Position numbers and translations under genes: made by a program
Shown here: in pieces, positions 18,588 to 28,485 of the stretch
Layout: each line of letters starts with the position of its first letter
Numbering within the stretch: position 1 is the first letter of the stretch
Notes under the pieces: generated by a model
What the model saw: only the letters and a program-made list of their open reading frames with translations
The model's database searches: none
Told to the model about the DNA's origin: nothing
Virus record (IMG/VR): IMGVR_UViG_3300044797_000098
Coordinates: 186,001 to 250,000 of that record
Direction: 5' to 3' (one strand)
DNA length: 64,000 bases

Positions 18588-19600
18588 TATTTCCCTATTG
18601 CGAATTTAAGATGAAACTTTCTGTAATTTATCTCTGCTAATTTTATATCTAATTCTTGATATGATGGCGGAATGTTTTGTGTAATTTTTGTATTTATTTT
18701 TATATTACCAATTTTTTTGGTTGCATCTAAAAATACATCAGATACTGCTGAACATAACTCTTTTATTGCTGACTGACAATTTTCATTTATTATACATTGA
18801 ACCTGTATGTTTTTGCCATCTGTAAAAATATCTGATTTTACTTTCAATTCTTCTTTTAATGCTGATGATAGTATTCTTGCATATTCTAATTTAGATATAA
18901 AATCATTATCTGAACTAATTGATATTAGATATGTATTATCTATGTGATTTGCGAAACTATCGAGAAACCTATTTACTTGATCTTCTAATGGCATTGGTGC
19001 ATTTTTTTGCATATTTGATTTTTCTGAAACCGTTCCATTACCGGCTACCGCATTAAATTGATTTAGATTTTTTTGAAAACCAGATGAGTTTTCCATTCTC
19101 ATTAAAACTGATGTTATATCTCCAACTGTTATTTTACCATCTTTATTTGCATCTAATATAGGATTTTGTTTATATGCCATTCTTTCATATTTATTTGGTG
19201 AATTACCGTCTACTACAACCACATTAGCGTTTTTGACGGGGTCATCTCCATTCCATTTTTTCAATGCTATTGGGAAAAAGTTAGCAACATAATACTGTGT
19301 TGCTGATGTAAATGGTTTTCCACCTATTAATCCTCTGTGGCTCTGAACATATTTTTTTACATAATCCAACTGATCTTCTGCTGATTTTTGTCCGAATGTT
19401 TTTATCTCTTGATCCGATAGCCCCATACCTTTTAACGTTGATGGCATAAATTGTATCAATCCTGTTGCACCGCTACTACGATTTGTTATTGATGGATTTG
19501 CACCGGATTCGAGATACATGACTAATAAAAGATCTCTTGGATTCATACCAAGCTCTTCGCTAATATCGTTCAGTTTGGTGGAAAAAGATGATGATATCAT
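18587..19600 (-). CDS. Lytic transglycosylase (SLT/lysozyme-like) with EF-hand-like loop and extra C-terminal domain
   Basis: VMYLESGANP (catalytic Glu), SGATGLIQFMPST; LDANKDGKITVGDI. Confidence 0.85.
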   Translation of the reverse strand: MISSSFSTKLNDISEELGMNPRDLLLVMYLESGANPSITNRSSGATGLIQFMPSTLKGMGLSDQEIKTFGQKSAEDQLDYVKKYVQSHRGLIGGKPFTSATQYYVANFFPIALKKWNGDDPVKNANVVVVDGNSPNKYERMAYKQNPILDANKDGKITVGDITSVLMRMENSSGFQKNLNQFNAVAGNGTVSEKSNMQKNAPMPLEDQVNRFLDSFANHIDNTYLISISSDNDFISKLEYARILSSALKEELKVKSDIFTDGKNIQVQCIINENCQSAIKELCSAVSDVFLDATKKIGNIKINTKITQNIPPSYQELDIKLAEINYRKFHLKFAIGK

Positions 19601-20809
19601 TTATTTTAGATCTTGGCTTATTCCCTCAGCAATAGCTAATAATTTTAGACTTGCTTGTGGATTTGTATCTTCTAATTCAGATGAAAACTTCAATATGGCA
19701 AGCATTAATTCTTTTGGATTATTTTTTGCAGCAATTTTTTCTATTTTAGCAATAAACTTGGCAGATTTAGGCGGTGGAACTTCGAATGTTTCATCTGGAA
19801 CTGGTAATGGCTTTAATGGCTCTGGATTTGCCACTTCTGTTGTTGGTGTTTTTGGTTGTTTAGCATACCAATCGAGATTATTTAAAGCTTTATTTTTTGT
19901 GCTTTGTGATGGTTGCGGGTTGGTAAGATTAATTGGTTGTTTTTCTGGCGCAACTTCATTACTTAAATTACCCGGTTGAGGACTCATCATTGATGACCAT
20001 TGTTGATTTTCTTGTGCCTTCGCCTGTTCTTCTGCTTGCTTTTTATCAGCAAGCATTTTTTCGTGTTGTTGTTTTAATGGTTTTATGTTTTTTTCATAAA
20101 AATTAACGAATAACTTATGATATTGATCAAACTTTGATATAAAACTTTTTGCAATACTTATGTATATACTTGGCTTACCTCTTGCTAATGCTGTTGCTAA
20201 TTTCTTAAATGTCGTTAGCAAAAACTGTAAAAATCTTTGACTATCGTTAAATATATTGATCGAGTTATTTTTTAAGTCTTTTAGAAAAGATATTGAAAAT
20301 CGTTTTTCTAATTGTCTCATAGCTGTTGCACGTTCATTAGTTAAATTATGCCACCAATCAGAAAGACCGGCTTGTTTTTGTAATGATGCCATAACTTCCA
20401 TATCATTTACGAAAGACACTTCATTTAAATTTAATTCTTTATTAGGATCATAACCGAATATACGTTCTTTTTGCTCATCATCGAATTGTCCTAAAAGGAC
20501 TTCATAACTATCCATATCTACATTTTTTATGAACCTATCGAGTTCAGCAGCAATGTATCTACACTTTTCGTGGAATGCAGACATAGTCGATGCAGCAGAA
20601 AGATAGTCTTTTCGATTGACCAATGATTTTGCCGATTTTATTAAATCTTTTGATTGCGCAGAATATCCGCGAATCTTCTCGTCAGTTTTTCGGAGGTCTT
20701 CCATCATTTTTTTAAACTTAGGATTTATACCCTCTAACAATTTACTTGTTATATTGGCGTGCTCACGAAGTTTATTTAATAGCCCACGTTCTTGTGCAAT
20801 CTTATCCAT
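19601..20809 (-). CDS. Putative internal head protein with internal duplication
   Basis: 402 aa; MDKIAQERGLL and LQKQAGLSDWW each open a helical half. Confidence 0.65.
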   Translation of the reverse strand: MDKIAQERGLLNKLREHANITSKLLEGINPKFKKMMEDLRKTDEKIRGYSAQSKDLIKSAKSLVNRKDYLSAASTMSAFHEKCRYIAAELDRFIKNVDMDSYEVLLGQFDDEQKERIFGYDPNKELNLNEVSFVNDMEVMASLQKQAGLSDWWHNLTNERATAMRQLEKRFSISFLKDLKNNSINIFNDSQRFLQFLLTTFKKLATALARGKPSIYISIAKSFISKFDQYHKLFVNFYEKNIKPLKQQHEKMLADKKQAEEQAKAQENQQWSSMMSPQPGNLSNEVAPEKQPINLTNPQPSQSTKNKALNNLDWYAKQPKTPTTEVANPEPLKPLPVPDETFEVPPPKSAKFIAKIEKIAAKNNPKELMLAILKFSSELEDTNPQASLKLLAIAEGISQDLK

Positions 20810-20861
20810 TTATATCTCCTAGATATAGTTCAAGAATATGTTGTATTATGCGGTGATTGGG

Positions 20862-22736
20862 TTATTTTGGAGGAGCTGTTGGCGTTGGTGTAGGTGCTCC
20901 GCCTCCTGGTGCTCCACCTGGTCCGCCAGCTGGACCGCTTGTTGGTGGCGGTGGTGGTAATCCGAGATCTGCTGGCGGTGCTCCTCCACCACCTCCTGAT
21001 GGAGAACCGAGACCTGGAAGTGGCGGGAGTCCTCCGCCAGCTCCACCAGCGCCGGTTTCTCCGCCTGGTTGTTGTCCTGCTGCGTCAGCATACGGACTCT
21101 GACCAGGTAGCGCGCTTGGAGCAATTTCTGGTATATCACTATCCTCATCCAAGCCTCTTAACTCGTTCAATGCCATTGCTTCCAGTGAGGCCAGCTCTTT
21201 CTTCCTAACCGCTTCCTGAATATCTTCTTTCTTCATCTTTCTACGCTCTTCATCATATTCTAATCCGAGCGAACGATACAATGTTTGTTGAGAAACTCGT
21301 TTTTGATCACCAGTTGATAGTGCAACTAATTGTTGAATGTAGTCCATAGTATCAAAAATACTCATATGACTCCATTCTACTGTTGGAATTATCAATTTTT
21401 TCTCACCATCTTCATATTCATAAAACTCATTTAATTTTGATATGGGTGCGAATATTTTATTCTTTAACCAATTACTCATCATATTACGGAATGCCATATA
21501 TCTTTGACGAAGAACATCTAATGATACGCCTCCATTGGAATAGGTTATATCTCCACCGCCATCCATTAATACTTGCGGAACCATCAATCCCATAAATATC
21601 TCTTTTAATAATTGAGTTATATCTCCTGATATATCTATAATTCCAGAATTATATCCTACACGCTCTACTGTAACTGCCTCATGTGTAAATATTTTAAAAT
21701 CCTGATCATATTGTGCTTCCGCGAATGCATTACGCCAGATATCGAGATCTGCTGGTTGTGGTTTGTAATCAGCAGATCCTATCTTAACAAGAGTTAAAGG
21801 ATTAATCATATTTTGAGCCTGTGCGAACTTTGCTTCCCTTAACTGATCGAAGAGCATTAATTGACGAAAACAACTGACTGGTAATCCTGTTCCCCTAACT
21901 TCATAAGGACTTATTCTTCTCGCTAAGTGAGAAACATAAAAATTATCTAATGGAATATTTTCTCCACGCTTAACGTGCTCTATTATTGTTTCATTAAGCT
22001 GACTTCTTTGCTCAATATCTGATGGCTTATTAGAAAATACAATTCTACGAAGATTATCATCAGGACGCATCATAATTAACGGTTCATTAGCAATAACTGA
22101 TTTTTTTACAACCATATAATCTGGATTCTGAATTACAAGCCTACTCCATACCGCATTATTTTGATCTAACTCTCCATACACGAATGTTTCACCTAAAAGC
22201 CAATATTCCTGTGCTACCTGTATGCATACATTCAATAAATCTATATTTTCAATCATAGTATTGAAAAAGCTTTCAACCTTTCTATTCGAACATCGTATTG
22301 TTAGTTTTGATATCGGATATGTTGAATGAAGGTTTATTGCGTTTTGAATAAACGGTTCGAGAGCATAGAAAGATCTGCACCAACTATTAATTGTTGCTCG
22401 ATCGCGTGGAAGATTTAAATTTGATGAAAGCCATAATGGTGAATAAACGGCTGGCGCTTGTCGTGTCGCTTCACCGCTTCCTCCCCGCCAATTAGCACCT
22501 GATGCTTGACCACTGCTCAATACTTGAGCATTTTTTCTCATATTACCATTTAATGTGCTAACAAACGACGCAGGACTCAATTCACTTTTTGTAAGCCCTG
22601 ACCCATCTCTATATAAACCTCTTTCTACTTCTTTTTCCAATTCTGCTTTTCGCCATTGCGAAACATTTTTGGCCATAGAATTAGATATTATTGGTGGAGG
22701 ACCCTGTTTTTGTAAAAACTTTCCTGAATTAGACAT
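20862..22736 (-). CDS. Portal protein with Pro/Gly-rich C-terminal tail
   Basis: RSFYALEPFIQNAINLH, EYWLLGETF, SPYEVRGTG; directly downstream of the terminase. Confidence 0.82.
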   Translation of the reverse strand: MSNSGKFLQKQGPPPIISNSMAKNVSQWRKAELEKEVERGLYRDGSGLTKSELSPASFVSTLNGNMRKNAQVLSSGQASGANWRGGSGEATRQAPAVYSPLWLSSNLNLPRDRATINSWCRSFYALEPFIQNAINLHSTYPISKLTIRCSNRKVESFFNTMIENIDLLNVCIQVAQEYWLLGETFVYGELDQNNAVWSRLVIQNPDYMVVKKSVIANEPLIMMRPDDNLRRIVFSNKPSDIEQRSQLNETIIEHVKRGENIPLDNFYVSHLARRISPYEVRGTGLPVSCFRQLMLFDQLREAKFAQAQNMINPLTLVKIGSADYKPQPADLDIWRNAFAEAQYDQDFKIFTHEAVTVERVGYNSGIIDISGDITQLLKEIFMGLMVPQVLMDGGGDITYSNGGVSLDVLRQRYMAFRNMMSNWLKNKIFAPISKLNEFYEYEDGEKKLIIPTVEWSHMSIFDTMDYIQQLVALSTGDQKRVSQQTLYRSLGLEYDEERRKMKKEDIQEAVRKKELASLEAMALNELRGLDEDSDIPEIAPSALPGQSPYADAAGQQPGGETGAGGAGGGLPPLPGLGSPSGGGGGAPPADLGLPPPPPTSGPAGGPGGAPGGGAPTPTPTAPPK

Positions 22737-22781
22737 TAAGTTCCTTGATATACTATATCATAATATTAATTATTTACTATA

Positions 22782-24635
22782 TTATCTCATTTTTGGTAAA
22801 TACGCTACTAACACTGGTGGCCTATCTTTTGCAGGATCTCTCATCATTGATTGCATTTTTATTTTAAATCCCTGACTAATATAAAACTTATACGCAATAT
22901 ACGCGTTAAGCATTGCCATAAAAAAATCATTGGGCGAACTACCTTTTACGTAATGTGGAGTTATATCTCCAGCTCTGCTTATACTTGGTTTTATTTCCAT
23001 ACTACATATATGTTGAATCAACATTACTATTTGTTCATAACTTCCCATTGGTATTCTAACATTACCCTTTTTCATTTGTTCATATAAATCTGCTATCCAA
23101 AAATCTCTCTCGAATCTTATTATACGAGGAAAAGTTTCTGAATCATATTTAATATGATCTTTTACTTTATTAGTTGCTTCAGATGAAAGAAACTTTTCGC
23201 CATATTCTGTTTGCAATATTTCATTTAAATCATGAGCATAACCAAAATCGCAAACTGCTAAATTAATCGAATATTTTCTAATTATTTCTTCAATTATTCC
23301 TTTTTTACTTGCTAAATCATTTCTTTTAAATGATGTTGCAAACTCTATTGACATTCTTTGCGGACCAGTCATTGCAATAACAACCGCTGTGCTAAAACTT
23401 TGACCACCTGTTTTAATTTTATTAGAATCAACCAATTGCTCTAAATCATTTTTTCCACCAATATCAATTCCTAAAAATACTGGTAATTCTTCATCTGGTG
23501 ATATACTTGATCTAAACTTTCTGCCAGGGTCTCCACATAATTCTCTAACCTGATCTTGTGTTATTATTGTTGCTTCACCATGGTAAAACTCACCAAGAAC
23601 TTCATTTTGATATCCTTTTTCGGTACTTACCGGATTATTTTCTGGTTTTTCTGATATTATCTTTTCTTTTGTATATGTTGGAACATATAATTGATTAATA
23701 TGAAAACCTATATACTTAGCATCATTTTGATCGTTTAATGCTACCCATTTTCCTCTTTCAACCGCTTCTCTTTTATCTTGCTCAAAACCACAATGAGGAC
23801 AACGAACTATAAATCCATAAATCCATATAGTTTCCCAATCATTAGTTCCAGGCGTATATAATGGAAAATATTCTTTACATTTTTCACATCCTAAATGATA
23901 GTATTGTTGTGATGATGCGTTCCACATATTCCAATATGTGGAACCTCGTTGAAGCGGTGTTCCGAAAAATATCTGAACTCCTTGGCCAGGCTCTCCATAT
24001 TTAGATTGGGTCAATACTTTAAGAGAATTATTTATAGCAGATGCATACATAAGCTGAACTTCATCAAAAAATATAACATCTATGGTTTTACCTCTTAAAC
24101 GATTGCCATCCTCACCACAACTATCTATCCATAAATGATTGCCACCAATAAATTGTTTAAATTGAAGTGAATTATTACTTTCTGATGTAGTATCAATTAA
24201 TGATTGCATATATGATTTTGTTTTACCAACTTTTTTAATTTCACTATTATCAATAATAACCGATGAATTAATCATTGAACTTAATTTTACTTTGGAATAG
24301 TCGTATGCTAATGAGAGCTGCGGGAACGCGTGAATTATACGAATAGGAGGATTTTTGCTATTACCGAATAGACCACTGCCCATAAAATACATTTCAAGAG
24401 CGGACGCCATAGTCGTTTTACCTACTTGTCTCCCCGCAACTATAACAACTGGTTTACTTCCTTTTTCAATGGCTTTTATACCAACATATCTATAAATATC
24501 TGCAAACGGTTTCCAACCACCATCTTGCAACCTGAATCTTTCGCCATCAATTGTCAGATATTTTTGAGCAAAATGAACCGGATCAAAATTTAATAATTTA
24601 TCTTTTATTTTTTCTAATAGTAAATCTTCCGACAT
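22782..24635 (-). CDS. Terminase large subunit
   Basis: Walker A AGRQVGKTT, LRG, Walker B IFFDEVQ, motif C GTP, CEKC/CPHC zinc finger and GFHINQLY (gpA-like), nuclease LGIDIG and NDFFMA. Confidence 0.92.
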   Translation of the reverse strand: MSEDLLLEKIKDKLLNFDPVHFAQKYLTIDGERFRLQDGGWKPFADIYRYVGIKAIEKGSKPVVIVAGRQVGKTTMASALEMYFMGSGLFGNSKNPPIRIIHAFPQLSLAYDYSKVKLSSMINSSVIIDNSEIKKVGKTKSYMQSLIDTTSESNNSLQFKQFIGGNHLWIDSCGEDGNRLRGKTIDVIFFDEVQLMYASAINNSLKVLTQSKYGEPGQGVQIFFGTPLQRGSTYWNMWNASSQQYYHLGCEKCKEYFPLYTPGTNDWETIWIYGFIVRCPHCGFEQDKREAVERGKWVALNDQNDAKYIGFHINQLYVPTYTKEKIISEKPENNPVSTEKGYQNEVLGEFYHGEATIITQDQVRELCGDPGRKFRSSISPDEELPVFLGIDIGGKNDLEQLVDSNKIKTGGQSFSTAVVIAMTGPQRMSIEFATSFKRNDLASKKGIIEEIIRKYSINLAVCDFGYAHDLNEILQTEYGEKFLSSEATNKVKDHIKYDSETFPRIIRFERDFWIADLYEQMKKGNVRIPMGSYEQIVMLIQHICSMEIKPSISRAGDITPHYVKGSSPNDFFMAMLNAYIAYKFYISQGFKIKMQSMMRDPAKDRPPVLVAYLPKMR

Positions 24636-24653
24636 TAATATCTTTCAATATAA

Positions 24654-25259
24654 TTATTTGGCTCCGTTATTCGGCTCACATCCACCCAACGGATCATCCA
24701 CGACTGATGTATCTTCGGATAGGTCTAACTTACCTAATTCAAAATTATCATTATCATTTTTTTGAATAGATTTATTTACTTCCATTATTTTATCATTAAT
24801 ATATTTTTTTACTTCTAACGGCACATCATCTGATTGGGGAAGTTTTTCTTTTATTGTTTTTATTTTTAATAAATCATGTATAACTGCTTCAACCGAGGTG
24901 CCAGGACGATCATCAATATAATTATCTATATAAGTTTTTAATACTGGTATATCTTTAAAGATTTGTATATTGCTATAATGACTGGCGCTTGCTTGTTTTC
25001 TTTGTAAAATATCATATAGACCGGTGCGTTTTTGCATATCTTCTACCGCTTCCGCCACTGTCGAATATTTTGATTTATTACCGAGAATACTATTAATCTG
25101 ATCGAATAATGAATAATCCTGACTTTTTGGTTTAGCTGACTCTTTTTCTAAATTCTTTGCAAAATCATTGAACCAAGACGGAGTTCTATCACCACGATCG
25201 AAAGAGCTTTCATCGCGTGATATTATTGATGAATTACGTGTGAAGTATTTATTTGACAT
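24654..25259 (-). CDS. Hypothetical head-cluster protein
   Basis: 201-aa ORF; KYSTVAEAVEDMQKRTGL; RKQASA. Confidence 0.7.
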   Translation of the reverse strand: MSNKYFTRNSSIISRDESSFDRGDRTPSWFNDFAKNLEKESAKPKSQDYSLFDQINSILGNKSKYSTVAEAVEDMQKRTGLYDILQRKQASASHYSNIQIFKDIPVLKTYIDNYIDDRPGTSVEAVIHDLLKIKTIKEKLPQSDDVPLEVKKYINDKIMEVNKSIQKNDNDNFELGKLDLSEDTSVVDDPLGGCEPNNGAK

Positions 25260-26020
25260 TAGGACCTATACTATTATTGCGTATTATTGCCTTATAGTCT
25301 TCTATACTAACGGTGGCGGTATCATATCCACTTCTTCTAATAATATATTCTTTATATGAATTACAATTATAACACAATACCTGATACCCTGGTGGAAAAT
25401 CATTTTTAATTAAATATCTATAAAACTCTCGACCAAAACCTATATTTTTTCTTTCCACCGATCCATTATTATGGATATGGTCAATAGTCAAAAACTCCAA
25501 TACATTTTCTTTGCATTCGATACATTGCTTGCCATATTGATCAATAACCGTATTTTTTAATTTTAAAACTTGTTTTCTGGAGCCAAGATTAATACATTTT
25601 TTACATATATTTCTACCATCTTTTTTCTTACATGCATACCAATTTTCATTAGTTAATTCAGTACCACATGATCTACATACATCATGTTGTCCTAATTTAT
25701 TAAAAAAATTTCATATTAGTATTTATTATCTGAGTTTGTTTATGAGGGCAATATCCATTATGTCCTAATGAGCAATTGCAATTATAGCATAAAACTCTAA
25801 AACCAGCAGGATAGTTATTATTTATTAGCCATGTATAAAAATTGCCACCGGCGCTTACACCAATATCTTTTCTATGTTTATTTCCATTGCCATTAATATG
25901 ATCTATAGACAAAAGATCAATATCTGATATACCGCAACACTCACACACATTGCCATATGTGCTAATTACTAATTTTTTCTGCTTTGCCCTATATTTTCGT
26001 GCTCTATCTATTTTATCCAT
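25249..26020 (-). pseudogene. Tandem double-HNH endonuclease interrupted by a +1 frameshift at the homopolymer 25702-25708
   Basis: Two modules YG-x2-C-x2-C...L[ST]IDHI.N.G...R...P.G[FY].VLCYNCN; removing one base of the T7 run joins both ORFs into one ~256-aa frame. Confidence 0.8.
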
Positions 26021-26033
26021 CTTTACTGTTTTA

Positions 26034-26915
26034 TTATGACGGAAAATTAGCTCCGAAGTCGAAGTTATCCGAAGTTTTGTATTCCATATGATGGTTTGCC
26101 GGATATCCACGATCTCTACGTACTTGAGCGTACCCCATGTTATCTAATAATTCCATTAATTCAGCCTGTTCTCGTTTGTCAAGGCTCCATTCATTAACTT
26201 GTGCCTCGAACATTAATTCGATGTCATGCCCACCTGATACCATTCCATTTATTAATGTTTTTGCAATTCTTGATATCAAAATTGGAACGGTAATAATGAT
26301 TCCACCAATACGATCTTGTTTAGCTTCTTTTACTAACCCGTCCTCATCAAGATCTGCTTTCTTATTTTTATATCCACCATCAATTTTTTTGATGGCTTGT
26401 TCAAGACGACTAATACCATCCAAGATTTCTCTACGGGCTTGTTCGAGTTTCCCGATATCAACTTTACCATCATAGTCATCAACTATTGCTTTTGATATTG
26501 CAGAATTAATTCGTTTAAGAGCAGATATGGTTCGTTCCATACCGGTAGTTTCTGTGCCGGTGTGTTTTGGTAGATTTTGTAGGCGATCATGAACCCATTG
26601 TAAGATGCCAGCAGGAGGAGGTGGTTTCCAAGGATCTTGAACTTCTAATTCCTCAACTTTGTTATCATCCTTATCTTTTTTGCCATCACTCTCAACTTCG
26701 ACTGGGTCTTCGGTAGACACTTCTAATGGCATATCTGCATCTGACCCTGGAAGAGGAGGGAGTTTGAACGTGATTTCCATGGCATCATTTGGCTGATGGA
26801 GTTCGACAACGTCTTCCATTGAAGGCTTTTCTTCGTATAAAACGACCTCATCTTCGTCTCCGAAGTTCTCAAAATCGTTTGCATCTAGGAACTGGGCTTG
26901 TTTATACAATGACAT
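26034..26915 (-). CDS. Putative internal head protein (acidic N-terminus)
   Basis: 293 aa; YKQAQ, NKKAD, VKEAK motifs. Confidence 0.7.
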   Translation of the reverse strand: MSLYKQAQFLDANDFENFGDEDEVVLYEEKPSMEDVVELHQPNDAMEITFKLPPLPGSDADMPLEVSTEDPVEVESDGKKDKDDNKVEELEVQDPWKPPPPAGILQWVHDRLQNLPKHTGTETTGMERTISALKRINSAISKAIVDDYDGKVDIGKLEQARREILDGISRLEQAIKKIDGGYKNKKADLDEDGLVKEAKQDRIGGIIITVPILISRIAKTLINGMVSGGHDIELMFEAQVNEWSLDKREQAELMELLDNMGYAQVRRDRGYPANHHMEYKTSDNFDFGANFPS

Positions 26916-26922
26916 TTTTACC

Positions 26923-28484
26923 TCAAAATAGGGATATATCGTATGCTAAATTATGTATAGATTTAGGAGTATTAGGATTAATTGCTACATACTCACGCAA
27001 TTTCGGATCACTATCTTTTGCCATTTCAGCTAACGTATCTGGCGGGGTATTATAGTTTGTTGCTACACTATAACGAACACTGTTATCTTTATCTTTTGCT
27101 AACTCAATTAATGTTGATTGAGGTGTATTACGATTTCTTGCAACATTAAAGCGCACACCATTGTAATGATCTTTTGCTAATTCAACTAATACACTTTGTG
27201 GTGTCTTAGAATTATCCGCAATACTACATCGTATGTGATTAGTTTTATTATCTGTATTGTTTTTATTTGCCTTATAATACTGTAAAATCTCTTCCGAAGT
27301 CGCTTTATTGTATTTTATTTTCAATAAAATTGTCATTGGTCTATTTTCTGCATCCTTAGTAATTTTATTTTTAATCGAATTATCAATATCTAATTCTGTT
27401 TCATCTATTTGATTATCTAATGAATCAAAACATTCTACTTTAATAATTTGATTATATTCATTTCTATGAACTGCCAATGCAACTTTACTGAATAAATCAT
27501 CTGGATCTTTATTTTTTGATATTATAAAATAAAATATAACATTTTCATCAGTATATTGTTCATAATAACTGGTATTTTCCATTGTAATACACCATTTTGT
27601 TCCGGCGCCATATGCCATACAAGCCTGTTTATTTTTTATAAATAAAACTACATAGTTATTATCTTCATATATTTTTTCCGCACCTTCTGTTTTTATTTGT
27701 TTTTTTCTTGCGTTTTTGATTGTTGTTTTGGTAGATTTTTAATTGCCTCTTCTAATGATATTCCGTCATACCTATTGATATCTTTTTCCTTGAATTTATG
27801 AATATTATTGTGAAAATATTCTATACTGGGGTATAAATTATTAGGATTGATACCAAGATCTAATTGTTTTACCATCCATCTTAAATATTTATTCGTATGC
27901 GAAGGATCTCGTTGAGAGATCTCTTTTATATTTAATTTTGGATATTTTGCTTGTAAATCTTCTATTACGCCAGCGGTTTTTACAAAATTATTGAAAAACA
28001 ATGAACGGAGTTTTACCCGTTCTTGTATTGTATTTGATGCTGATTGGTAAATATTATTCCAAGGATTTAATACTGCATCAGGATTATCTGCAATATATGC
28101 AGAATAATATGCAGTTGGATAGGCATTAAGTCCTTCAACTCCCGTTAAACTACCATATTCTGATGCATAGTATGGTGCTGGATCAAGGACGGTATTTTTC
28201 TTTTCTTGCATTAATTTTCGTAATAATTTCAATCGTTTTAGTCTTTTATTTTTTCGTTTTCTAAATTCAGAAAACTCAGGAAACTCTTCTCCGTCTTTAC
28301 CGATATTTTCCATTCTATCTAAATCTCGTGGTCTTTCCATCATTTCTTGACCAAACGGCATATATTGATTATATGGATATTGCTCATCGCCAATATGAAA
28401 ATATGGAGATCCCTCGAACCCGAACTGACTTTCGTATGGTTCGTTGTAGCAATACTTTTGAAGGAGTTGATCGAGTTTGGTCAT
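26923..28484 (-). CDS. Single ~520-aa gene split by a -1 frameshift at 27699-27707; C-terminal leucine-rich-variant (LRV/HEAT-like) repeats
   Basis: ORF 27693..28484 ends ...QEKNK*; the -1 frame continues QIKTEGAEKIYEDNNYVVLFIKNKQAC into MAYGAGTKWCIT of ORF 26923..27618. Confidence 0.75.
26958..27240 (-). repeat. Four 72-bp (24-aa) LRV-type repeats
   Basis: IRCSIADNSKTPQSVLVELAKD / VRFNVARNRNTPQSTLIELAKD / VRYSVATNYNTPPDTLAEMAKD / LREYVAINPNTP. Confidence 0.9.
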
Positions 28485-28485
28485 T

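Noticed and set aside
20862-21120. GC-rich island at the portal 3' end as foreign DNA or overlapping genes
   Set aside because: Explained by Pro/Gly/Ala codons of the low-complexity portal tail
26958-27240. 72-bp periodic repeats as a CRISPR array
   Set aside because: The repeats are degenerate, in frame and encode LRV protein repeats; there is no constant repeat with unique spacers
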